From Lama guanicoe (Eukaryota), in the NCBI GenBank assembly GCA_013239625.1, contig MU056000.1, positions 14,660,851-14,724,850 of the forward strand: 64,000 bases of DNA, given 5' to 3'. Within the stretch, counting starts at the first letter, position 1, and every line of letters starts with the position of its first letter. Of this stretch, positions 40,501-52,674 are shown piece by piece. The position numbers and the translations under genes are program-made. The notes beneath the pieces are model-generated. The model ran no database searches. It saw only the letters and a list, made by a program, of their open reading frames with translations, and had not been told where the DNA came from.

Positions 40501-42485
40501 CTGGCCCGGTCCCTGGTGCCCCACTGAGGGGGCACAAAGAAGCCAGTTCTGTGAGATCGGGAAGCAGCTGGGAAAAGGAAACAAATGCTGGTTGAATCAG
40601 CTGCTGCTGCTGAGGTGAAGAACAGCCTGAGGTAATGCTGACAAAGCAGCCAACGAGAAAGGAAAGGAAGAGGTTTCATTCCATGCTCCTGCCTTCCACA
40701 GCCTCAGTAGCTGCAGCATCTGACAGGAAGTAGGCCGGAAAAAGAAAAATGTTGTTTCAACAGCCCTCCCCTCCCCATTAGAGGATGGAGGGCATGTTGG
40801 AGTTAAAGAAAATAATAGTTTCATTACTGACATGATTTTATTCCTTGTCTTCCAGATGGGGAAATTCTAATATATTCTTTATTCATCTTTACAGCCACTT
40901 GAATAGTTAAGAATAAATTTTCATACCTATTAGCTTCCCAGCAATATTTCTTGAATGACTGAGTCAATGACAGCAAGAAGGCATTTTAAATCCATTTTTC
41001 AAGCACTGTGAATTCAGAAGCATTTAATGTATATCAATCCTGCTGTTGTTTTTATGTCTGTGATTATGTCAGTCACTCTTCTAAGCTTTTTACCCATATG
41101 ATTTTACTGAACCCTTGGATCACCTCTGTAAGATAAATATCATTATTTTCTGTATTGTAAAGTGGATGAGACTCAGGCTTACAAATATTAAAATCAAAAC
41201 CAAACCAACAAAAAATTTAAAAAAAACCTCTAAGTTTCTAGAGTAAGAGAGGTAATATAACATAGTGTTTTTAAAAATGTGCTTTAGAGATAAAAAGACG
41301 TGAATCTGAAATTCAGCTCTCCATGTCCCTTTTCCCCTCTATCAAATGTACTTCAAAATTGGGCTTCAGAAATTTGTTCTGAAAAACCTCTAGTGTTCTT
41401 TCTCGGTGATAATTTTATTGCTTTGGGTCAAAATGTTCTGTCCTCAGTAGATTAAAGGAACAGTTTATCAAGGAGTATTTGGCAATGAACCGGTCAGTTC
41501 TCTAGTTCCAAGCCAAGAAGTTAAAGTTGTATTGATTTATGACAGCAGCATTCAGCAACTAGATGGTAGAAATGATACCCTGAGTACCTCCACCAGCCAA
41601 CAACTAAACTGTATGAAAAAGAATATTAAAAGCAATATAAATTCTTAAATAAATATCAGAAAAGGGCACTTCAGAATATAAGTCAATTTACAAGAATTAA
41701 ATATGCCAAGACACAGACCCACACACAAAAAAGGAGAGGGTGACAGAGTAGACAATGGCATTTAAAATACTTCTTCCTATCTGCTCTTTTGCAGAACCCC
41801 TAAACATCTTCAGAGACTGGTGGTTTTATTTATGTTTCAGATAGACCTTTATCTGTGCACTGTTTCAAGAGACCTTTCAAAATTTAATTAGTGTGTTACA
41901 AAATAGTTCAATAGCTTGGTTCTCCTTTCAAAATATTTAAAATCAAATCAATGCCCCAAAAGATTTGGGAGGAGAACAAATCTCTACCTTGTACTCTCTG
42001 CCTTAAAGTGCTTTCTTTTAGCATACAAGACCTTTTCATCAACTGGATTGCCCCTTTTTTAACTCAAAAGAAGGGGGAGAAAAGGCAGGGATATTGGATG
42101 CATGACATTTCAAAAATTATTTACAAAGTTTATACTAACAAGAATAAATGCTTTGATACATTTCTTCAACTAATAGGCATTAATAAGTTGTATGAACATG
42201 GTACTTTAAGGACTACAAAAAAGAAATACAATTTTTGTTCTCTTTATGAATCATATAGTTTGCATAGAAGAATATAACAAAAATACAATAAATGTTTAGA
42301 TAACGATGCAAGATCTTACGTAATTAAAAGTAGAACAATTCTCAGTAAGGATTTGTAGAAAGATTAGTAATGCTTGAACTAGTAGAGAATATAAGAAAGA
42401 CCAAACAAGTCAGGAAGTCTGTCACAGACAAAAGTTGAGGGTTGAGAGAAAGTACTTGGGGGAAAGGGAAAATATAGCCCAACTT

Positions 42486-42856
42486 AACAACAACAACAAC
42501 AACAACAAAGCGTAAATACAAAACAGAAACAGACTCATAGACATAGAATACAAACTTATGGTTGCCAAGGGGACGGAGGGTGGGAAAGGATAGACAGGAT
42601 TTCAAAATTGTAGAACAGATAAACAAGATTATACTGTATACTGACAGGCATATATAGAATAGATAAACGAGATTATACTGTATAGCACAGGGAAATATAC
42701 ACAAGATCTTATGGTAGCTCACAGAGAAAAAAATGTGACAATGAATATATATATATGTTCATGTATAACTGAAAAAGTGTTCTCTACACTGGAATTTGAC
42801 ACAACATTGTAAAATGATTATAAATCAATAAAAAATGTTAAAAAAAAAAAAGAAAA
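42486..42856 (+). mobile_element. Short young LINE-1 3' UTR insertion with polyA and ~18-bp TSD
   Basis: TSD gaaaatatagcccaactt (42468-42485) / gaaaacatagcctaactt (42857-42874); L1 text aaaacagaaacagactcatagacatagaa; AATAAA followed by an A tail. Confidence 0.92.
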
Positions 42857-43464
42857 GAAAACATAGCCTAACTTGAGCTCAAAATAATCACCAATAATAT
42901 CAGAAACTGGTGAAGGCCAGGTTACGAAAAAGGTCAACCTGTCTGAGAGTTTTGTTTTTTCTCTGATAAGCAATCTATGAAGCCAGACATTTCTACCCAC
43001 AATAGAAACATGACTAGAAGGTACAATATGGGAAGCAAAGAAAGAGGAGAATTGACTAAAATAAATCAGATTGGATGCTATTATTGTTGTTAGGTTTCTG
43101 ACATGCAGCGAGGTCTGTAGCTACTGAGCTATCTAGGGCTTCAACTCCCTTAATTTAATCATAAGGTTCAAAAAATAGAAAACTATTGTTATTTGATAAT
43201 TGATAAATGCAGGATTGAATTATTTGATTGCTCTCATTTATACATTCATTCCATCAGAGCCCTAAATTGTGAATAGGAAATGTGAGTTACAAATAATGAA
43301 TTACCTCCTCTTCCACAAACACACACCCTGTCCTAAAAAGGAAAGAAACAATTTGGCAAGGAAACACTGCCAATTGATTCTGGGCATGTTTCCCGAAGAT
43401 CCGTAATGTGCCTTAGATTTATTCTCAACATGACACAAGCAGCTATTACCAATCAACAGTATAT

Positions 43465-44385
43465 GTCAGAAACAACAATGAGATATACTGTATACCTATG
43501 AGAAAGACTAAAATTCAAACCACTGACAACACCAAATTCTGGTGAGGATGTGGAGCAACAGGAACTCTTCTCCATTGCTGATGGGAATGCAAATGGTACA
43601 ACCATTTTGGAAAACAGTCTGACAGCTTATAAAATGAAACACATTCTTATCATATGAACAAGCAAGCGAACTTATGAGTACTTACTCAATGAACTGAAGT
43701 TATGTCCACATAAAAATATGCACCTGGATGTTTATAGCAACTTTACTCAGAACTGTCAAAATTTGGAAGCAATCAAGATGTCCCTCAGTAGATAAATGGA
43801 TAAACAAACAGCAGTTAATCTATACAATGGAATGTTACTCAGCAATAAAAAGAAATTAGATCAAGCTTCAAAAAAGACATAGAGGAACTTAAAATGTACA
43901 TCGTTAAGTGAAAGAAGACAATGTGAAAGGACTGCATACTGTATGATTCCAACCATGTGACATTCTTATAAAGATAAAATTATGGAGAAAGTGAAAAGGT
44001 CAGAGCTTCAGAGGTAGGGAGGGAGTAAGAAATAAATCAGTGGAACATAGGTGAGTTTTAGGGCAGTGGAACTTTTGTTCATATAACCCTAATGGTAGAT
44101 ATACATTCTTATGCATTTATCATAACCTATAGAATGTACAATACAAAGATTATTTATTCAATAATAATTTATCAATAATGGCTCATTCATCATAACAACT
44201 GTATCTTGAAAATGCCAGATGTTAATAACAGGAGAAACTAGCAGGGCTGGGGAAGGAAACTAGTAAGGTAGGGAGGAGATGGAAGTGAGGGGCTATGGGG
44301 GGAGTCTATGCTCTTTCCTCTCATTTTTCAGTAAACCTACAACTAATCTAAAAACTTAACTCCATTCATTTAACAAAATGGATAT
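43465..44385 (+). mobile_element. Older LINE-1 (L1MC-like) 3' region
   Basis: cactgacaacaccaaattctggtgaggatgtggagcaacaggaactct; taagtgaaagaag; gatgttaataacaggagaaact; ttttcagtaaaccta. Confidence 0.88.
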
Positions 44386-44735
44386 GTTATAAATGTTTGA
44401 AACCCCTTTGCCATGTCTGCTCAAAAATGCTACTGTTATATATTATGTTTTGCAACTGGATCCTCTCCCACTTTATTTATTTCTGCCAGTCATAGGTGAG
44501 AATTGGATTACTTGACATGAGTATTATCTGTACATTCCTTAGACAAGTAAAAAAGTTTACTCATATTTTACTTATACTTTACCCATTCTATGATTAATAA
44601 AATGTATAATAATAGATTATCTTCCATTATTCTCAGTAACCCTGTGCGAAAATCCTCTCATTTACAATTTGGAGTAACTGGAATTTGGTAAACAACAAGA
44701 ATTAAATCAGTTACATGACTGAAGACACAGTTCTA

Positions 44736-45931
44736 CTCCCAAGGCAATATAAATAAAAGCAAAAATAAACAAGTGGGAACTAATCAAACTCACAAACTTT
44801 TGGATAGTAATGGAAACCATAAACAAAACAAAAAGACAAGCTATGGACTGGGAGAAAATAATTTGCAAAAGATGTGGCCAACAAGGGCTTAATTTCCAAA
44901 ATATACAAACAGCTTAAACAACTCAATAATAATAACAACAAAAAATCCAGTCAGAAAATGGGCAAACCTAAGTAGACATTTTTCCAAAGAAGACATACGG
45001 ATGGCCAATAGCCACATGAAAAGATGCTCAACATCACAAATTATTAGAGAAATACAAATCAAAACCACTATGAGGTATCACCTCACAGTGGTCAGAATGG
45101 TCATCATTAAAATGTCTACAAATAACAAATGCTGGAGAGGGTGTGGAGAAAAGGGAACTAACTCATCTATACTGTTGGTGGGAATGTAAATTGATGCAGA
45201 CACTATGGAAGACAGTATGGAGGTTCCTTACAAAACTAGAAATATAGTTGCCATATGATCCACCAATCCCACTCCTGGGCATATACCCAGAGAAAACTAT
45301 AATTTGAAAAGATACATGCACCCCAATTTCATAGCAGCACTATTTGCAATAGCCAAGATATGGAAGCAACATAAATGTCCATTGACAGATGAATGAATAA
45401 AGAAGATGTGGTACATATATACAATGGAATATTACTCAGTTATAAAAAAACAAAATAATGTCTATTGCATAACATGGATGGACATAGAGATTATCACAGT
45501 AAGTGAAATAAGTCAGAAAGAGAAAGACAAATAGAATATGACATCACTTCTATGCGGAATCTAAAATATGACACAAGTGAATTTATTCACAAAACAGAAA
45601 CAGATTCACAGACATAGAAAACAAACTTATGTGTACCAAAGAGGAAATGGGGTGGGAAAAGGATAAATTAGGAGTTTTGGATTAGCAGATACAAACTACT
45701 ATGTATAAAATATATAAACAACAAGGTCCTACTATATAGCACAGGGAACTATACTCAATATCCTACAATAAACCATAATGGAAAAGAACATGAAAAAGAA
45801 TACATGTATAAAACACATAAACACACACACACACATACACACACTCACATAACTGAATCACTTTGCTGTACACCAGAAACTAACACAACTTTATAAATCA
45901 ATGATACTTCCATAAAAAATATTTTAAAGAA
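44736..45931 (+). mobile_element. 5'-truncated LINE-1 (~1.2 kb) with perfect 14-bp TSD
   Basis: TSD aagacacagttcta at 44722-44735 and 45932-45945; ORF2 remnant [25 protein letters not shown]...CWRGCGEKG; 3' UTR containing (CA)n. Confidence 0.96.
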
Positions 45932-48900
45932 AAGACACAGTTCTAATGGACATGAAACAATGCCCACTAGAAGAGGCCTAATATGGACCAATCTAAGGTC
46001 ATAGCTAAGCAAATTTTAATATAAAATGACCAGAAGTAATCACAGTGTCTGTGTATGGGTATGTATTGGTGGTAGGAGAGGATTTGAATACAGTAAGAGT
46101 AACTTATTAAAGTGGAAAATGAAAGATACAGAACACAAATCATGTCATCCAGTAAAGGTGATTTATATTTTCACTCTATAAAAAATATACCCATATATAT
46201 ACATAGATACATTCTCACCCAATCATACACATAGTTTGAGAAGGCAAACAGGCTCAGGAGTGATTTTATTTTATTTTGTTTTAAAGTATAATTCAGTTCA
46301 CAGTAATAGCAACAAGATATACAAACGGATGCATGCTTTCTAATAATTATTATCATCTGTCTCATTCTATTAGATTAAACTCAGTAGCAATGAACTATCT
46401 TGTTTCCTTTGAAAATTTGGTATTAGGCCATCATATTAGTAGTTATCTATCCCAGATACTGGTTTTTCTACTTTTCACTTTTCTATAGATTTGTCCTCAT
46501 ATCATGTGAGGTATAAAAAGTTTTACTTCAGTGATATCTTCACTTCTTTACTATTAAACAGAAAACGTGAATATTTAACTTGCATTTTTATATTTACCTC
46601 ATGGTTCTGGGTAAAATTTTGTGACATAAAAAAAATCATACAGTCACTGTATTTTCTTTTTTTTGTCCAATTTTCAGTTTTAGACCTTTTCTCTATGTCC
46701 AAAGCTGTCCTACTTTAACATAAAAGACCACCTCTTTCTAGCAGAGGAAATTTAAATTTCTTAAAATATTTTTCATCCCAATTACATCAAACCATAGCAT
46801 TAAGATTCCTACTCAAGTCTTATTGCTCAATGATTCACGCTAATAAAGTAAAATTTTATGAGAAGGAACTGCATTAAACTATATACCAGCCTGTTCCAGG
46901 TATACTTGAAATAGTTTCCACACAGCTACGCATATTGTTACCCTAGTTGCATTCAAAATTCACTCTTTTCAAGGTATGCAAATTTTCAAACAAAGAATAA
47001 AATCCTTATATGTTTACTTTCAAAACACCAGTAAAGGAAATGACTGTACCATTTCCATCTTCCCATTTTATTTAAGCAACTACTCTTCTACCCTGATAAG
47101 CCAGTGAGGCTTTCAATAAAGGACTGGAATTCCATGACTCATTGGGCAGAATCCCTGCCCTGCTCTCAACTTCCCCAAATAAATCTCTCTCAGAAAGTGA
47201 ATGTCACTTCTTTCTCATTCCATGGAGTTGCTACCATGTGATGAAAAGTGTAGACCTACAAAACAGATTGCTTTTGCACAGGGACTTTATTAAGTGTTGA
47301 CAAATCCTCAACAGGTCCTGCAGTAAGGTGACATCATTAGCTGCTGTAGAGATGGAAGGGATGTTTTCCCATTTATTAAGAAAGTCTGCAGTGTAATTCA
47401 ATATGCATGGCTTCCAGAAGTGATACAGAAAACACCCCTTCTCCCCATAATCAGTCGTTGCATCACCCTCTGTGTATATTTATGAAAACTTCATTCAGTA
47501 CAATGAAGAATTTGGTGGGGGGGAGTATTTAAAAATACATTTTCTATATGTGTATGGATAGTGAAACCATCCTTTTATTTTCAATTCTTCCATGTCTATT
47601 TTTGTAGAAAACAAGTAATACTCTCTTTTAGCTGCCTGCTGTTCTCTCTTGAAAGCAAACTGCATGTAAGCCCAGAGTCACTCATTCTCTCTGTGCGGTT
47701 CACAGATATTTACAGACAATTGTAAAATGACTTTCTTCCCTTTAGTTTTTCCTTATTTTAACATTTCTTAGGATGCTAGTTGCATAACATACAACCTTTA
47801 AAGTTACCTAAAATCAATCATTTTACTATGTGAAGTCTTTGTTATTTCAAAAAATTAAACATTTAATTTACAAGAATATTTTAAACAGAAAAGAAACTTA
47901 AGAAGCATAGGACAAATTCATTTTCCTGTGAAAATAAAGAATTCTTATTGATCTGAAATGTTTCTTTTTGTGGGGAATAGGAGAAACCTACGTTAAGCAG
48001 CACTCAACATTTTAAAAACAGAGAAATACTTTAAGAAAGCAGTACAACCTTTCAGTGGTTTGCTGAGGATAACATGGGAAGAAAGAGCCCCCTAATGGTT
48101 CAGATATCTATCAAAACAAAATAGGCTGTACTTTCTCAATTCTTGTTGGTTCACTGTGGCTGAAATGAGAATCAGGAAAGACATCTGATACCGTGGAAGT
48201 GAGTGGAAAGTTGAATAAAAGGTCAAATGGAGCCCTGTCAAAGACGCACAGAAAAGCGAAAATCCCTAAGCTGAACTGACTGAGTAAACTGCTAGCTTTC
48301 AGAATCACACTGCTTTTTACATGACTGCTAGGACACTTGTCTTCCTCGATCGTGTCTGCTCAGACGCACTGATCTGGAATGCAGGAGACATATTTAATTA
48401 CATAGTTGGGAAGTGTGAAATATTATTTTAAAAAGAACTGGCTTTTTTTTCCCAATCATGATACCATTTCCTACTAAGAATATGGAGAATCAAACCCCCT
48501 ATAGGAGTAATTACAGAATTTGTAAGATAACCAAAAAAAAGAGATCAAACTGATGAGGATGAGCTAAGGAGAACGCCTAAGTAAAAGAGGCACATCATTT
48601 AAGACATTATTTAAAAAGTCTTTTTAAAGAAAAGATATGCCTATTCATGGGAAAAATCAAATATGAAGATTTGCATCTATCCATGCTAAAATATTAATGG
48701 TTTCATAAAACCACACAGTGCAATTGAGAATTAGTTTTCTTTATGGCATATACCTCAATATAACCCATAAATAAGCGCTATAAGAAAACTGTGATGTATA
48801 AATAGCTTGGACATCAGCATTGTTGCAACAAAAGTCATGAAACTTTAAGTAACTTTGTGTATTATAAAAATTATTAGATTCATTAGCTAAATTTTCAGTC

Positions 48901-50662
48901 TATCCTTTGATGAGATGTCATATTATTTGTATAAGTGATAAGGTGGAAGGAATAAACTTTGGATAAGCTGCACAAAATGATAGTATAACATAATATGCAA
49001 AGCAATAACTAAACAAGAGTATAACAGATTTAAGACAAATGCTGCATGTGGATTTGATATAATATTGCTAATATATAACATGATTGTATGGTCCATAGTG
49101 CCACCTTCCTCAGTCCAGAGTTTGGCATTAGTTTCTCATACGTAATACCTAAAAGAGGTGATTTTTTTTTCAAACAACTCAGTTCATAGATTAAAAAATT
49201 CGATATTCTCTAATACACATTTTTATTCTTTTAGTCAGACTGCAGTTTAAAAAAGGTATAATAGTGGTCCCATCATCCCCTTCTGATACGGTTATTAGAA
49301 ATATTTAGATAGCTGTAATAGTTATGCTACTACAAAACATGAAAATGCTATTTCACATTTGGAAGACAAAATAGATACCATGAAAAGCTGTATTCTTCAA
49401 ATATGCAGTTATGTTTAAAATATAGCAAGGGTGAAACACACACAAACACAGCCATTCAGAGTATGTAATATGCCAAACTTCAGTTACATTGGCTCCCAAG
49501 AGTGTTGGCAATCGTGTTCTCTTTTGAAACATTGTACAACATATTAAAAAGTTTTGTGCACTTATCACAGATGGAAGCTTGGTTTTGATTCGAGGAGGAG
49601 TGACTCAGGGAACTTCACTTCAAAGGCAATCAGAGGTATCTCTTGGAGTAAAATATCCCTCTTCATTGATCCGAAAGCAAATAAATTGCCATCAAAAAAT
49701 CTCACAAATCATTTCACTTCTAGCAAAGATGAAATAAATCCTTCTTTTTGTCTGATATCACAGTGCTGTCTCTTTAGCGGTTGACATTTTGTGACCTATA
49801 CGCCTAAGAGTAACCAACTACATCAACACTGCAATGCCTCAACCCATTATTCCTATTCCATCCTGTCCCTTTCCTCAGAAACATAAAAAAAAAAATCCCT
49901 GTTCCCGGTAGAGAATTTGATAAGTGCAATGTTCCTATATATCCGGAGACATTTACCAGCATGTACTATCACTGACACTTCAATCATTAATTGATGGAAC
50001 TGCAGCTTCAGCTAAACATCTCCAGAGTCATATTTCTTCACCTTAGCTCAGTACTTTCTTAAGACCAAAATCTAGCTATCAGTAAGTTAGCCATAATGAG
50101 ATGGCAGTCTATTGTCACTTCATTTAAGACACATCGTGTTTATGTTGAAGAGTTAAGTCTGCAATCAAAAGACAGATTTAGAAAAAATAACTTACCACTG
50201 ACAATCACTGAAAAAGCACATAGTAGCTTCGGTGTCTGCATGAAATCTAATAGTAGACATTTAATGCAGTAAGGGTCCTTTCATGCTTTGCTATTATTTT
50301 TCAAAGTTGTTTAACAGCTAAGAACCACATATATGAACATGTTTTAAGGTTATTAGTAAAAATGCTCATTGTAGTGTGGACTTTGCTGAATTCTCTTCTT
50401 CATACAGATTAGCTGCTCATAAATTTACAGCCTAGTTCCCTTACAGAACAAACGAACAAAAAACTTACATGTACCTGAAGATAAAACAGCAAATACACTC
50501 ACATAAATATGCATTACCACATTTCTAAATTGATGTGCCTGTGCATTGTATTACTTTAAGGCATCACTGCAAACTCAGGTTTTAAAGCACGCAAAGCTAG
50601 GCTGTATTTGACTGTGCCTGACTGAAAAGAAATCCAGAGATGAAGAAACGTAATATTCTTAC

Positions 50663-51040
50663 CTGAAGCAGGAAACTGTTTCTGTCCAATTCGGGAACAA
50701 AGTGGGGCTGGAAAGGGGACTTGATTTGGCTTTCTTTTCAAAATCCTTTTTTAACGAAGCAGGAGTGAGATGAACTATTCCAAGGTGAAGTCTGTTATTT
50801 CTCGCTGGGGCTCAGAGCTGACATCCTCTTGTGAAAGAAAAGGCACCTCAGTAAGTTGTTGACCGAGGCAGCTGCGAAGCAGGATGATGGGCACCCGCAG
50901 TCACACGGTGCTGCGACGGACGGTGCACAGCCAGCCCCCCGCACCTCGCGCTGCCGGCTCGCTCTCCTCTTCACCCCGACGCTCGCTCGGCTCAGAGCCT
51001 CAGCCCTCGCTGCCGCTGTGTTATCAATCCAGCCTGTCTG
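50663..51040 (-). other. Putative first (probably non-coding) exon of an unidentified minus-strand gene
   Basis: Only dense CpG cluster in the window (about 18 CpG in 50860-51016); lies downstream of the CCAAT/TATA-like boxes; ends at a consensus donor CAG|GTAAGA (cttacctg, 50658-50665). The TSS position is inferred. Confidence 0.55.
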
Positions 51041-51080
51041 AAGCTAATAGTCCCCTATTTAACCAGCCAATCAATAGGAA
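51040..51080 (-). promoter_or_regulatory. Candidate core promoter (CCAAT box plus TATA-like TTAAATAG)
   Basis: The minus strand reads ctattgattggctggttaaatagggg; CCAAT at 51067-51071, TATA-like element at 51055-51062, directly adjacent to the CpG cluster in repeat-free sequence. Confidence 0.5.
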
Positions 51081-51896
51081 GGATTCCACTGCTAGTCCCA
51101 AGAGTCTTTTCCAAGGGTGGTACAAACAGTAAGAGTTTTGCCAGCAGTTTAGCCAAGTATCTTTCATCATTTTATCTCCTGTTAGAGAGAGGGATAGAGA
51201 CAGCTGAGGCTCAAAGCGAGATTAGTATTATTGCACAGCTTTGCATTTTAAAAATGTACCTCTCCTTATCCAGTTGATATTAATTTATAATCACACAGCT
51301 GCTGTCCATTATCATTTTAGGAATTACCACAGAGTGGAATGCGTGACCAAAAAAGAAATCTTTCTAATTCAAATATGTAAGAAAAAATACAGGAGCAGAA
51401 TTACATACACTGACAAATGATTTTTTCTGGAAATAACTGTGCCTGTATGGCTTGGATCAATTAAAGAATACTCCGTGATATTGATTGATGCTAAAAGTTA
51501 TTCACTTTATTCCAGAAAAATAGCGATCTATAATTCTGTTTCTCATCAGGAAAGAGAGGTGATGTTTGCAGATATTACTGAACTAGAGCCTGAGTCAAGC
51601 TTCAGTGTACAAAATGTTTTTCAATTTTATAGTATAAATCTACAAAAGGATTCCTCTGAATGTATCCAACAGAGCATTTCACAGCTGATTCATCCCTTCA
51701 AGGTTAAGAAGATTTTCTTCTTAAAGTGACACATTCACTGCTCAACTGCCATAACTGACCATGATACAAAAGCACAAAACAAACCATTGAAGACTAGGCT
51801 GGGTATTTTTTGTTTTGCTTTGTTTTTACTTCCCAGATACTTCCAAGGGGAAAAAAATTAATAAAAATAAAAATAAAGCATTTGGGGTCAACTTAG

Positions 51897-52295
51897 ACTC
51901 AGTTTGCATACTGGCCCCTGCACACAGAAGGCAGTGAGAGACCATAGAAACAGGCAGGCAGCTTCAAATGGGTGGGGAGCAGGTTTAATAAACAGGGCAA
52001 CTTACATACCAGGCTTGTCTCGGCAGCCGCAAGACGAGTGGATCCCGTACCTGCCTGCCAGGTTCTTAAAAAGTTATACAGAGGCCTGAACTGGGTTCAG
52101 TCCCATGTATAGCCCACACGGTCTGAACACCACATTCCTCTCTCCAGGCTGCATCCCTGAAGACAGCCCCACTGTGGGAGTAGTGGGCAGGATGTACATC
52201 CCAAGGTCAGGGGAGGGGTGACAAACCTCTGTTTTCTCCGGGTCCAGCTCTCAGGTCAGCCTGCAGCCACGTCCTCTCCATGACCTCCTCCAACA
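51897..52295 (-). mobile_element. Solo LTR, ERVL class, with 5-bp TSD CTTAG
   Basis: Minus strand starts TGTTGGAGG; CTTAG at 51892-51896 and 52296-52300; minus-strand ATTAAA near 51985; GC-rich block set in AT-rich DNA. Confidence 0.7.
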
Positions 52296-52674
52296 CTTAG
52301 CCAAAAGCCTAGAAATGCAGTCTCTTTATATTTCTAATTAGGAGGTGGTTGCTTATCTCAATTTCACCCTGCTTGGTCAACAAACCTTTTTGTTACTTTC
52401 CCTTTGTAATAAAACATTACTGCTCTTATTAAAGTAAATTGTATAGGAATGCGTAACCCCGCCTTACTTCTCGGCTGGAATTAAATTCCTGGCCATAGTC
52501 ATTGTGTTACACACTCAGCATCATACAATACTAATAAAAATGTGTAGTAAGTGCTAAAGTGTCTTGTAAATGAAGACCACAAAAGGGCATAAGATAGGTA
52601 TGGTCATGGAGTTACACTCAAAGTCCAAATTACAAAGTGTTGTAACACTTATTAGACACAAACGTCCTTGATTT

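Noticed and set aside
41480..41505. tgaaccggtc resembling part of miR-128
   Set aside because: Only about 10 nt match, the seed differs and there is no precursor hairpin
45001..45189. [32 protein letters not shown]... and similar ORFs at 23548-23808 and 5238-5792
   Set aside because: Frameshifted remnants of L1 ORF2 or its antisense frames, not host genes
50895..50932. REST/NRSE-like motif (minus strand cagcaccgtgtgactgcg)
   Set aside because: Only the CAGCACC half matches; the spacing and right half deviate from TTCAGCACCACGGACAGCGCC
51053..51064. MEF2 site or CArG box at cctatttaacc
   Set aside because: It does not fit YTA(W)4TAR or CC(W)6GG without two or more mismatches; kept only as a TATA-like element
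50856..51132. Plus-strand ORFs of 61 and 82 aa across the CpG cluster
   Set aside because: GC-rich DNA is poor in stop codons; promoter boxes and splice donors point to minus-strand transcription
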